The notes under the pieces were generated by a model that saw only the letters and a program-made list of their open reading frames with translations, ran no database searches and was not told where the DNA came from. 64,000 nt of DNA from Sarea resinae (Eukaryota). The stretch lies in contig JAPEUD010000004.1 of NCBI GenBank assembly GCA_026026165.1, positions 1 through 64,000 of the forward strand, written 5' to 3'. Shown one piece after another: positions 36,520 to 49,112 of the stretch; position 1 is the first letter of the stretch; every line of letters begins with the position of its first letter. A program made the position numbers and the translations under genes.

Positions 36520-36666
36520 TTATCGCCATCGCCATCGCCATCCTCATCCTCGTCCTCATCCTCATCCTCATCCTCATCCCTCGCCGGACTTGCCCCGCCT
36601 CCAAAAAAAAGAAAAAGAAAACGGGAACGGGAACAGGAACAGGAAAGCGCTCATTGTATTTGATTC

Positions 36667-36697
<31 letters not shown>

Positions 36698-38110
36698 GCC
36701 AAATATTCTTCTTCTTCTTCTTCTTCTCGGTTTGAGGCTTGGATTGGATTAAATCGAATCGAATCGAATCGAATCGAATTGATATCGAATTGATATCGAG
36801 TTTTGACTGAAATCAAATCGAATTGGGTCGGGATTGGATCGAAACTGGGTCGAAATCGAATTCGATTTGATATGATAGGATTTGATAGGATCGGATTGCT
36901 CTTAGTTTTTGGTCTATCTGTCTGTCTGTCTGTCTGGATGGATGGATGGATGATGCCTGGCTGGCTGGATGGATAGATTGATGGCTGGCTAGATGAATGG
37001 ATGGATGGATAGCTGTAGACCGTCTAGCTGTTGATTCCGACTCTCTTGACCCGGACTCCCCCCCTTTGCCGGTGCTGTCAAGCCATACTATACTATACCG
37101 TACCATACCATACCATACCATACCATACCACATAACAGCCCAAACATCTATCCGTAGGCGTTCGAGAAGAATCAACTGAAAAAAAAGGGGTTCTAGAAAG
37201 GGAGGAGAGAAATAAACGAGAGGGAGGGAAAAACAGAGAGAGAGAGAGAGGCTGGGAAAGACACTAGGAAAGAGGGAGAATCGGAGAGGGACTGGCGAGA
37301 GAAGAAAGGAGAGGAGAGGAGAGGAGAGGAGAAAGAGAGGGAGAGAGGAGAGAGGAGAGAGAGGAGAAAGTGAAAGTGAAAGGAAAATAAAAGGAAAGGC
37401 AAAGTAAAAGGAAAGTCAAAGTAAAACCCCTCATCGCGCGCGGTTGGCTGTCATGGTATATTATGTCATGTTATGTCATGTAATGTCATGTCATGACACC
37501 TCATGTAATGTCTTATCATGTCACTATTGTCTGTGTGTAAGATCTATAGTAAAAAAAAAGGGGGGAGAATAAAGGAGGGGGAAGAGAGAGAGAGAGCCTA
37601 AGAAAGGGCTATTCAAGACATTAGACAAAGACCCTAGACAAAGACGCGTGACACGCTCTCAACATATGTAAAAATCTATACTACACTACAGCATGCCGCA
37701 GTACAGCATACTATAGCAGATCGAAAGACTATTAGCAGATAGAAAAAGGGAACTGTGAAGTGATTTCTCGGTCAGCGGTGCGGCGTGGTGCGGTGCGGTG
37801 CGGTGCGGTGCGGAGTGATGTAGAGTAGAGTAGACTGGAGTGGAGTGGAGTGGTGTAGAGTTTATTTCCCTTTATTTGATGCATTAGAGCGGGTTGGATC
37901 AGAAAAAGAGGGGATTAGAATGAAGTACTTGTGTTTGTATTTATATCGGATTGATATTGATATTGATGCTTACACTGGATGGGATGGGATTGGATGGGAT
38001 TGGATTTCGTTGGACTGAATTGGAATGGATCTAGAAATGAAGAGAGAAAGGAGGGACCCGACTTGTAATTGATATTTATATTGAATTGGATTGAATTGAA
38101 TTGCATTCGA
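36520..38110. repeat. Dense SSR block: (TCATCC)n, (CT)n, (GAATC)n, (GGAT)n, (TACCA)n, (GAGAG)n, (CATGT)n, (GCGGT)n, (GAGTG)n
   Basis: Directly visible in the convergent hnm1 / hydrolase-phosphatase intergenic region. Confidence 0.95.
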
Positions 38111-38535
38111 AAAGAAAAAAAGACCGCAGTCCACACGCGCCACCCAGCCCGATCCTATCCCTATGCCTATGCCCATCCCAGTCCCGCTCCCGCTGCATCA
38201 TACCGACCCCTAATCCCAAACGGAGAAAAAGAGAGAGAAGAAATAAAACCCCCTAATACGATACCGTATGCCCTGGACAAGCCCGTGCCAGGAAGAAAAG
38301 CGGCAGAGGTAACCGACAGCAGCGCTCGCCCGCCCGCCATTCGGAGCAAAAAAACGAGGGAAAAAGACCTTCACGACACACAAATCAAGCACCCTCTATC
38401 TCCTCGGGCGGATGAGCTTCGCTTCCTTGACACTGCCTCTCAACGCAGACCTCCATCACGTTTCTCTCTCTCTAAGACATGCACACGCACACGCACACGC
38501 ACACACACAATCCAGCCTCATCGATACATGTCATC

Positions 38536-40897
38536 TCACAGCGTAGGTGTCCTCTTCAATCCCACGCAATATCGCATAAACAGCGTATCGATGAAATGTT
38601 CATGGCGAATGCCCGGCGGACGGCTCTTCTCAAACGCATTGAGCGCCGCTTGCACCCCAAACCCCATGCGCTCGACCAGATAGCACACGATGAAGAAGCC
38701 CGTACGGTTGAAGCCGTAATGGCAGTGGACACCTATGACTGGCGGAGAATGATCGCCCTCCAGAAAACTCTGATTGCGACTTCCGTCTTGGGTGCCGTCG
38801 TGGTTGGAAGAGTCCAATTGGCCTAATGAGCGGCGCAGATTGTCGATCAAAAGAATAAAATCTTTGACCTCATCCAAAGTGGGGGGGATCTTGCTGACGG
38901 TCGGGAACTTGTGGTAGGCAATCCCTCCGCGTTCAAGCTTCTCGGGATCGTAGACGGGACTCTCGTGCGAAATGTCCACAACCGCGCCAATCTTACCTCT
39001 CCATTCACGCACGAATTGCCCAGGCGAGTGGCGCTCGTCAACTTCTCTCAGAGTTTTCATAGCCCGGAAGGCACCCGCGATGGGTTCCGAGACGGGAGTC
39101 ACGGCCTGCCATTTCGCAAGATTCTTGACGTCCCATTTGCCTTCGGTCGTGAGATGCTGAAGCTGCCAGCCCAGCGAGAGACGAGCGTCCACGTGGCGAT
39201 GGAGGAATGAAGAGATGAGACCGGCGAGGGTGCGAGAGATGGCCGGAGTGTAGAGAAGGGCGTGCGCGGCGGGGGCGGGGACAACAGTCCATCGGATGAG
39301 GGAGTCGGACGGGAGGGACGACCAAGCTGGGCCGCTGAGAGCTCGAGAGTGCTTCTCCGTAGGGGGATCCTCGACCACAGGCTTGGTCTCAACTCTGGTC
39401 TGCGCAGATAATCCTTCCCTAGCTAGCTTTTCGACCAGCCCCGCATCGACTGGGGCAGCAGAGTCGGGTATGGCGTCACTCGGCGTTATATCGCCACTCG
39501 AGGGAGACCGGTTGCCAAAGTATTTGGCAATTTCCTTCAATTCATCAGGGCTGGTGATCTTATCTGCTTCTCCCGTGACGCAAAAGGTCGGAATCTGAAC
39601 ACCTCTCCAGACGTACTCCCCCGGAAGGCCGCCCTTAGCGACGCCATTCACATGTCGAGGTAGACAGCCCCAAGCCATTCGTCTCCACACAGCCGTCTTA
39701 CTCTGCGCATTAAACCGGAGCTGCAATTTCTTGGTTTCGGGATCAGCATTCGGGCCAACGAATCGAGCCACACTTGCACTCTCGGTACCACCTCGCCGGT
39801 CCCATTGGCGCCAGATGTCGAAGATGGGCGTTGGGACACTCAACACTTTCCGGTGAGCTTCTACCTGCTTCTCGGAAGGAGGGTAAGCTTTCGGCGATAT
39901 GTTCACAAGGGCAACGACGTGTTCCGATATGCAGCTCGGATGGGGAGACGTCGTCGACGCGAGCAAAACGGCCAATGAGCAGCCCATGCTATGCCCGATG
40001 AGGACCACCCCTTGTCCGTTGTCCTTGTCTCGGTGCTGTTCGATGACAGTCGCTAATAATTCCACGAGCGCCTCCGTCGAGTATGCTTCCCATTCTCGCG
40101 GTGCGAATTTGGAGAGGCCACAGCCCGGTAGATCGATTCCCAGACATGGGGCGAGATTGCATAGGCTCGTCAGCAAGGGATGGAACTGGGCCAGACATCC
40201 TCCCAGACCGTGTATGAACACGAGCAACGGTATCGGCGAGGGTTTGGAGGGTAGCCGCTCGGCCTGCGGATGGGGCCTATAGAATGTACGGATGGAGGGA
40301 TAGGTGATGTGACGAATTGGTGTGGTATAGCTCTCGTAGGTTGTGTGCTTCTTTAGCAAACTAGGATCGGTGCTTGCTGCTTCTTTTCATCAACAACATC
40401 GTGAGCACTACGTCTACTACTCTGGAATGACATGGGCACAAAAGCTCACCATTTCCTGCCCTTGCGGCAAAATTTTGAGACCGAACATCACTGCTATAAC
40501 TTTTTCTTTGTGAGCTATCGGAGTCTTGCTCGAATTTATTTCGCGACCATCGATGCTTCAGCAACCATAGGCCGGGGACGAAACTGCACAGTGCCAGCGC
40601 CTGCACCATCAGCCGCGTGTTTGACTGGCCACTGGTAGCCACAAAATGGGTCTGCTGCAAGACGTCTGAGGCCGACCGAAGATGACCCCGGAGGATATCC
40701 CTCCAGACCTCTAAACTCTGTGACCAGGGCGGTCTTGGCGACGAGGAGGATCCGACTGGCTGGGTCGATTGAGCAGCGACAAGCGGGATTCCGGCAAGAA
40801 GTGCAATGACAACAGGAGAATGGGCCCGCAACCAAATCTTTCCAGGGAGCAAGAAGAAGAAAAAGAAGAAGAAGAGTGACCTCTCTGGGGAGTCCAT
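38536..40897 (-). CDS. Fusion of an alpha/beta-hydrolase and a cysteine (dual-specificity/RNA-triphosphatase-like) phosphatase; intron 40449-40383; start codon uncertain
   Basis: LVFIHGLGG, IDLPGCGLS and GHSMG nucleophile elbow; C-terminal VHCHYGFNRTG P-loop; hydrophobic N-terminus. Confidence 0.85.
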
Positions 40898-43051
40898 GGT
40901 TGTTAAGTTGGCTGGATATCAAAAGCCAAGCACGACCAATATTGCTTCTGCTGCCCGAATGATTGGGCAATCGGGCTTGGGCCAATCACCGAGCTGGGTT
41001 GGGCAACCTGCTCGTGTCTTTGGCGGAGCGGGCCTCAGCCGGCACCAACAGTGACGAAGTTAATCTTGACTGCAGCGTTAATCGCCCAGGATCCGTGACA
41101 CGGGATTCCGCCCCGGAGAGCCCTCCAGGAATGCAGACGCGACTCTGGGGAGCCGGACGGAAGGCCACGTTGGTCTTCGATCGTCCAGTCGGCAGGCTCA
41201 TGGTGTCGCGTCCCGTCAAGCCATTGCACCGCCACGACGGCCGCCACTCGTGGTGCGATGGATTCGAGGCAAGGTGCCTTGAGGCTCAAGCATCAGTGCG
41301 TGACATGTAAAGTAAGGTAATCATCAATGATCCAAGCTGTCTTCTCGTCTATCTGCTGGTGTCCCGCCCGGTACGGTGAGTGCGGTGAGTGCGGTGAGTC
41401 TGGGGACGTTGAGCAATCGGATCGTAGCCGCAGTGACATTCTCTTCTCGCTTCCCTCGTTCCATCGGTTGAGGTGAGGTCGAGCAAAAGGTACGAAGTCC
41501 CAAGTCACCACCTGCCTCGTTCCAGACGGGAGAGTCCTTGGGCTTGAGGCCACGAGCCCTGGAGAGACGAGCAGCGAGACGAGCAACGAGGGGCGTGTCT
41601 TGCGTACCGTAGGGGTCTCGAGGTCTCGACGGAGAAACTCTCCCGTCTCACCCGCCACAGTCGTACGAAAAGTCCTTTGCGCGGCGGGGACCGAGGGGAG
41701 AGACTTGATCGTGTACATAGTAGCCGGATACTCGATGGACAGACAGTTCGGAGTATGGTTCTGCCATGATTGTAATCCTGTGACTTGACATGGACGGCAT
41801 GTTCTACTTACGATGTACTACTTACGACCTGACAAAGTGCATCGAGTACTTGAGCTACGAGTATCCACGAGGAAGATAATAAATCCTGCAAAGGTCTGAG
41901 ACCTAGTACGTAGTATGTTGTGAGGCGGAGTGGAAGGCAGAGAAGCCATTCGTGAGCGCAAGAACTAACGGTCCGAGAGGTTCATCCTTTACTCTCTTCT
42001 CTCCCGTCTCCACACCCGTTAGTCTCGTCCTGCAGCTCACGGCCTGAGGGGAGTGCTCTAGTCTCGACACTATTTTAGCTAGAGAGTCCTCCTCCGGGTC
42101 CCAAAGATGAATGCAACAGTTTCTTGCGGACCGTCGTACCGTTGCCGCCGGGCGTGTCATTGGGTACGAGAATGAGACAGACTCCAGGGACGGACGAAGA
42201 AGGGCGAGTGATGAGTGACGAGTGGAATGGAAGAGCGAGGAAGAAGGGGCAAGACCGAGTAAGAACGAGAAGGGGAGAGAGAGAGAACAGAAGAGAGCAG
42301 CGCAGAGGAGAGCGAGACCGAGTGAGAATGGCGTTAGTGTGCACCGCATCCGTCTGGCGCAGGACTCGGTCTACGAGTAATTCGTACTCCTCTAGAGTAG
42401 AGACGTCGTCGTAGCAGCATGCGGTCCATGCGGGCATGCGGGATCATGGATGCGGGCCTCAATGGAGGTGGGCACGATGCCTGTATGCCTGTCGTGCAGT
42501 ACTATGAGTGCTATGAGTCGGTCTACGAGGTCCAAGGGGGCCAGTTGGGACGACCGGCCGCACATCTCTGGAGATTGTCTGGATTGTCTGTGCCTTTCAC
42601 TTGCTTTCGGTAGCCGTCCGGTCGAGCTAACGGAACGATCGTCGCCCCTCGCCCCTCGGTCGTCGCTCACTCGTTCGGTTTGTGTCGGGCTCCAGCTGTG
42701 ACGGCAGCCGTACGTACATTGCAAATCAACGACCTCTCTCATTTTCTCCTCTTTGGCCTCTCTCTCTCTCTTCCAGTCTCCCGTCGTCGTCTTCTCTTCG
42801 CTGGCCCGCCGCAGAGGCAGAGAGGGGTCGAGACACTGGACATGTCTCCCAGCCAGGTCGGCGGGGATGCTTCCATGGTGTACTATGTCCAAGTGCAGGT
42901 CAGGTCGTCGTACCTCTTGCCGCGTACTGCGCGTGCTTCGTACTTCATGGCCTCCCGGGGACGGCAATTCGACTCGATCTCTTCGGTTCGGCCAATCATG
43001 GCCATGGCGCATCTCGAATTCGGCTGGGCAGGTCAAGGGCGTGGAGCCCGT

Positions 43052-43114
43052 GAATCGTGAACCGCGAACCGTGAACCGTGAACCGTGAACCGTGAACCGT
43101 GAACCGTGAACCGT
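43052..43114. repeat. Heptamer tandem repeat (GAACCGT)n, about 9 units with minor variants
   Basis: Directly visible. Confidence 0.95.
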
Positions 43115-43836
43115 AGAGGCTGGTACTGTCTTATTAGATGCCGGTATCGCGAATCCAATGGCCCCGGGCCCCATGGCTAGTAGAAGAGTAGAATAGTGGA
43201 ATAGTGGAATACAGCTAGTCACTGCTACGGCTTCTTATGCGATGCTGCTACTGCTGGCCATCTGCGAGCACGGTGACAAGGTGCCGGCCGGTCTGGGGTC
43301 TTGTGTCCGGATCTGACCTCAAATCGAGCGTCCATGGATGGAGGGGTCCCAGTCCCCGTCCCCGTCCCAGTCCCAGCAGTCCAGCTACCTACGGGACTAC
43401 GCCGATGGTCCACTGATGCATCACCGATTCACCCACTCATTCGCCTTCATGTGGGGCCCAGAGCAGCACATGAAGACCCCTGACAACGTGTTCGAGCTCC
43501 CCGGGAGAGGCACGCTTTATCATCACCTCCATGCACGTCGAACCCTCTTGTGCGACTGCCGCCTCGAGCAATTGATAGATCGACAGCTTCACGGCTTCAA
43601 CTGGCCCTCGTCTGTCGTTTAGGCCACCGGCTATCTCTTCAATCTATTCACCCGATTCACTCCCTTCACTGACCCAATTGACCTGGCGCTGCTGCCATTG
43701 ACGCTGAAGACATAAATGAGAGCCGTCGCCTGTGAATGCACGCCTCGTTGACCGTCGTTGGACATCAAAACCAGACGAGAAGGATTGTCCGCACCCTCTC
43801 ATCACAAACCTCATCTCTTCTCGGGAACCAGCCGTT

Positions 43837-45977
43837 ATGGATCCTTCGAACATGGCGAAGCAGGAACTGCCTGCAGACGAGCCACGCTACCTCGACTTTC
43901 CTCATCTTCCCGATGATGCCACTCGCGATGGCAAGCCTGCCTTGAACAAATTCTCCTCCACCATCACCAATGGCCACAAGTTCCCGGGGGCCAAGGTACG
44001 CAAGTCTCGAAGAAGAAGCAGCAGCAGCGTCATATGCTCCGGATTCAAACCTCACTCGCTACGAGCACGTCATTGATGGTCAAAATAGGCAATGCTGTAT
44101 GCCGCCGGTGTACCGGACAAGGAGACAATGGCAACCGCCCCACAGGTTGGCGTGGCATCTGTCTGGTGGGAAGGAAACCCTTGCAAGTAAGTCTGAATGG
44201 ATGGGCCATTGCTCCATACTAGATCATTGCTAACGATCGATTGTCTGTCACAGCACGCATCGTAAGTCGCCGAGCATCTTGACGTTACTTTCAGACTTTC
44301 CATACTATCTTTCACCAGAGGTCACTGTTTGATGCCGAATCTGGATAATGACTGTATTCCATCTTCCCAGTTCTCGACCTTGCCAAGACAATCAAAGGGG
44401 CCGTACAGAAGCAAGGCATGCTAGCATGGCAATACAATACCATCGGCGTGTCAGACGCGATGACGATGGGCAATGAGGGTTTGGCGCTCTTGCTCTTCAA
44501 CTTGAACGCCTTTATCTAACGGCTACCAGGCATGAGATTCTCTCTACAGACCCGTGAGATCATCGCCGACAGCATCGAGACTGTCACGTGCGCTCAAAAC
44601 CACGATGCGTGCATCACGGTTCCGGGTTGTGACAAGAACATGCCTGGCTGCGTCATGGCCATGGCCCGCCATAACCGTCCGTCTATGATGGTCTATGGTG
44701 GCACCATTCAAGTCGGCTACAGCAATCTGCTCCGCAAGCCGATCAACATCTCAACCTGCTATGAAGCTCACGGTGCCTACATCTACAATTCACTGAAGAG
44801 TGAACATGACCCGTCGAAGACTCAGGAGGAGATCATCGAGGACATCGAACAACACGCCTGTCCCGGTGCTGGTGCCTGCGCCGGCATGTACACAGCCAAC
44901 ACCATGTCCACCGCTATCGAAGCCATGGGTCTCACCCTCCCGGGCTCCTCGAGCACCCCAGCGACCTCCCCTGCCAAAATGCGTGAGTGCATCAAGGCCG
45001 CTGAGGCCATCAAGATCTGCATGGAGAAGAACATTCGCCCTCGTGATATCCTCTCCAAGCGTGCTTTTGAAAACGCAATGGTCATCACCATGGCCCTCGG
45101 TGGCTCCACCAACGGCGTGCTCCACTTTCTCGCCATGGCCAACACCGCGGGCGTCGAACTCACCCTGGACGACTTCCAGCGCGTCAGCTCCAAGATCCCC
45201 TTCATCGCCGACCTCGCCCCGTCTGGCAAATACTACATGGCAGACCTGTACGACATTGGCGGCGTCCCCTCGGTGATCAAGCTCCTCGTAGCGGCCGGCC
45301 TCATGGATGGCGACATCCCGACCATCACCGGCAAGACTCTCTCGCAGAACATCGAGCCCTTCCCATCCCTCGCCCAGGACCAGGTTATCATCCGCCCGCT
45401 TTCGAACCCCATCAAAGCCTCCGGCCACCTCCAGATCCTCCGCGGCAACCTCGCTCCCGGCGGCGCCGTCTCGAAGATTACCGGCATCGAAGGAATCCGC
45501 TTCACGGGCAAGGCGCTCGTCTTCGACAAGGAAATCCAACTCGACCGCGCCCTCAACCGCGGCGAAATCTCCCGCGACGCCGGCAACTTGGTCCTCATTG
45601 TGCGCTACGAGGGTCCCAAGGGCGGTCCTGGCATGCCGGAACAGCTCAAAGCGTCGGCAGCCATCATGGGCGCCAAGCTCACCAACGTGGCTCTCGTCAC
45701 CGACGGCCGCTACTCGGGCGCCAGCCACGGCTTCATCGTCGGCCACGTCGTGCCCGAAGCCGCGGTCGGCGGCCCCATTGCCGTGGTGCAAGACGGCGAC
45801 GTCGTGACCATTGACGCCGAGAAGCACGAACTTAGCATCGACGTCTCCGACGACGAGATTGCGCGTCGCCTGAGCCTGTGGAAGCCGCCCAAGCCGACGG
45901 TCACGAGGGGCACGCTGGCCAAGTACGCGCGCTTGGTGGGCGACGCTAGTCACGGTGCCATGACGGATCTGTTCTGA
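43837..45977 (+). CDS. ilv3: Dihydroxy-acid dehydratase (Ilv3/IlvD family paralogue); exons 43837-43995, 44089-44186, 44254-44261, 44371-44478, 44530-45977
   Basis: WWEGNPCNTHL (assembled through an 8-nt microexon), PGCDKNMPG, CPGAGACAGMYTANTM, LGGSTN, GPKGGPGMPE, TDGRYSG. Confidence 0.93.
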
Positions 45978-46217
45978 GTGGCTTTTTTGGGGGGGGGATG
46001 AAGAGCCATCACTTGGACACACGTATGCACGCTCGCACTCACGCATGCATGTACATCTTGGCTCGTAATCTTGGCTAAGACGGTTTGTTGGCAAGGTTCC
46101 GGGTTCGAAAAGTCTAGGCGAGGGGGAGGCGAGGGGGGTTTGTGGGGAAGGAAACAAAAATCAGAACCAAGAACAAACTAGATACCAGGCTTTTTCATTC
46201 AGGTTGTTTTCCGTCTT

Positions 46218-46287
46218 TCAGTCTCTCAGTCTCTCAGTCTCTCAGCCTCTCAGCGGGGGGGATGGGGTGGGAAAGGGGTGGGAAGGA

Positions 46288-46323
<36 letters not shown>

Positions 46324-46590
46324 AAAAAAACAAAGTCAAACCACACAGGCAGAGAAAACGAAACACGAAACACGAGACACGAAATAGGAGAGTTAGAAAA
46401 ACTTAATTTAGATAATTTCCACACACCTACACACACACATACACACACCGAGAAGATATGACAAGGCTTTTCATATGAGACGGAAGACGATCTCGACCAT
46501 GCATTCATCCACCCATCCATTCCCATTACGTCTATACGATCATCCCCCAGCTAATCGGCATCAGCATCAGCATCAGCATCAGCATCAAGT
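46218..46590. repeat. SSRs (CAGTCTCT)n, (GAAA)n, (CA)n, (CAGCAT)n downstream of ilv3
   Basis: Directly visible. Confidence 0.9.
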
Positions 46591-47636
46591 CTCTTTCTCT
46601 CGTATGCCCAACTGCTAACTTAGTAGGAGAACCGCAGGAACCCCACGGACTGCCCTGCTCGTCCTAGAGATGTCCTAGATATGTCATAGGGATATCATAG
46701 ATCGATACAAAACACACTATACCCCACCACCACCGCCGTGAGGGCCAAGTCAACCAACAAGTGAATAAACAAGTTAGAATAGAATACAGTAAGATGACGT
46801 AACCTAAAGCCTAAAACCCCTTCTAATGAAAAAAAAAAAAAAAATAAAATTAAATTAAAAAATAATCCGACCCCTCTAAACCCCAGCCCCGAAGCTCCAG
46901 ACCCCTGAACGTCAGATCCCCTGAACGTCAAATCCCCGCCAAAAACCCCGGCCCAAGATGAAACTCCTCCGGTCCTCTTCCGGAAAGTCCTGGTCGTGGT
47001 GTGTTGGTGATGGTGGTGATGATGGTTTTAGTGGTACAGCTGAGCCTGACTGAGTGGAGCTGGGTTGAAAGGAGTTGAGGTAAATGGAGGTGAGTAGAGC
47101 TGAAGCCCTTGATAACGGCTGGCTGACGGCATCGATCGTTGGGCAGATGGACGGACGGACGGGAATGATGAGGGGGGCGGGTAAACGAGGGGGGGAGGTG
47201 GTAGAGAGGTGGAGGCGGAAGAGCCGGAAAGGTGGAGTGGTGTCGTCGTCGTCGTCGTCATCGTGGAAAAGTGGTATAGTAGTATAGGGGTATAGTACGG
47301 TCATGAGGAGTGAGGAGTGAGAAGCAAAACAGCAGAGGAGCCAGGACCCGACCCCTGCGACTCGACGGACGAGTATAGAATATCGCGCGATACGCGCTGA
47401 AATAGCGCCGGTCTGCACCTGCTGGCTGATATCTATATGGATGGTGCCCGGACACATACATACAGTACAGGAAGGGTGAATGAGTCGAGATTATCGTGTG
47501 TGTATAGAGCGTCGTAAAGGTGCCTTGATCCAGCCAGCTAGCTTTTGTCGGAAATGCCTGGGGCTCTGGTATCAAGTACGGGTCGGGTCGGACATTGCAG
47601 CTGATCGACCGAGCAATCGAGCCGACGAGAAGAAGA

Positions 47637-49112
47637 TCATAGATCCAGGTCCCTGTAATCCTGGGACGAGAAATCAAAGTCTTCGGGGAGGAAGAGGACG
47701 GGATGCGATGTCGACGACGATGCGGGCTGCAGAGATTCAGGAGGTGGCGGTCTTCTTGGCATTGATGGACAGGTGGTGGGAGAACGTGCGCGGGGTATTT
47801 TGAACGATGATGGCTGAGGAGGCGGAGATGATGGCTGCGCCGACGGTGGAGGATCTAAATCACTTGGCGATGATGGATGAGGTGGTTTCTCTGCTGCTGC
47901 TGCGGTTCTGGTGGCGACTGCTGCCGTCCGAGAAGGTCCAGCTGGAGGGGATTGTGCACGAAAAGGGTTGTGTGAGGCTTTGATCTCTGGCTGGGGTGGG
48001 GGTGGAGGAACTGCGCACGAGTCGACACCGACCCCAATTCCCGCTTTCTCCATCAAGGGGCCCATCACCTCTTCAAAGCTGATATCGTCCATGCCATAGC
48101 TCTCGGACGAAAAAGATCTGCTCTCGTCTTCCCTCTCCTCCTTAGCTGTGAACCGGTCCTCCTCGTCATTGGCTATACATTTGCTATCCTCCTCGTAGAT
48201 GCTAAACATATTCTTTCTCCTCCCGTTCTTGATGATACATCCGTTGTCCTCCTGCTCTTCCTTTTTGATAGTAGTAGTCGTCGGCTTCAGAATTGTGGAG
48301 GGTGTAGGCGTTTGAACGAAAACATCCTCGGATAGCTCGCGCACGATCTGCGTACTCGAGGCGAAGAAGTCGTCCCAATTTTCTTCTTCTTCCAAGAGAC
48401 CGCATATCGCTTGCGGTACGGCTTGGACTTTGCGGCTGGGTGAGGGCTGGGAGGCACGCGGTGGGTCGACGTCGTGCTTCTGCGGCAGCTGCTGAGGGTG
48501 ATGGAGCCGTGAGTTTTCCGACAAACGCTGCAGAGGCTGACGATGTTTTGCGTGGACGTCCGGCTTTTCTTCCCTTGGCTTTCCGGCTGACGAATTCCAT
48601 GTACGATCAGCAGACTAGACTCTGCAGTAGATATAGAACCTTGCAACAAACTCACCCTCAAATACTCCATCCTCAGTCCCTTGCAACTCCCCAACGTTTT
48701 CTTTGTCGCATTCTTCCTCCTCTTCTTCTTCTTCTTCTCCTGGCTCATCAGCTTCCTCCTTCTTTTCGCCCACCTCATCACCACTCTCGACCCCCTTGCT
48801 CCCCTTCCTCACAAACTGCGACATGCGCACCTGTCTGGGACTAACGTAGCCCTTGACCGGTTCAGGCCTGCCCATCCGCCTCCTCGTCTCCCTCTCCCGC
48901 GCGGCCTTCTCCTCCTTCTTGCGCTTATTCTCCTTCTTCCTCTCCTCCTTCTCCCTTATCTTCGCCGCTCGCTCACGCAACTCGACATCGCGACGGAGAC
49001 GGCGGAGTTGGGCCTCGGAGAGAGTCTGATTGGATTTCTGATAGGCACGTTTGGCCTGACGGAGGGTCTGCGGGCGCGCTGTAGGTGCTGGAAGCGAGGG
49101 GAGGTTGGGCAT
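47637..49112 (-). CDS. Hypothetical low-complexity protein with a basic coiled coil; intron 48655-48587
   Basis: Two same-frame ORFs joined by a 69-nt GTGAGT...CTGAT...CAG intron. Contains TLRQAKRAYQK, a charged coiled coil and WDDFFASSTQIVRELS. Confidence 0.7.

Noticed and set aside
43052..43114. Regular repeat that might suggest a CRISPR-like array
   Set aside because: It is a pure 7-bp tandem repeat with no spacers, in a eukaryotic context.
40900..43800. Numerous 60-276-aa ORFs in the long divergent intergenic region
   Set aside because: No codon bias, splice structure or motifs; several are driven by repeats.
43837..45977. ilv3 as an AstD-like self-resistance gene marking a biosynthetic cluster
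   Set aside because: No terpene synthase, PKS, NRPS or P450 lies nearby; the neighbours are housekeeping or hypothetical genes.
44790..46157. 455-aa antisense ORF over ilv3, and similar ones over hnm1, the rhomboid and the AT-hook gene
   Set aside because: Expected shadow ORFs from codon bias on the sense strand.
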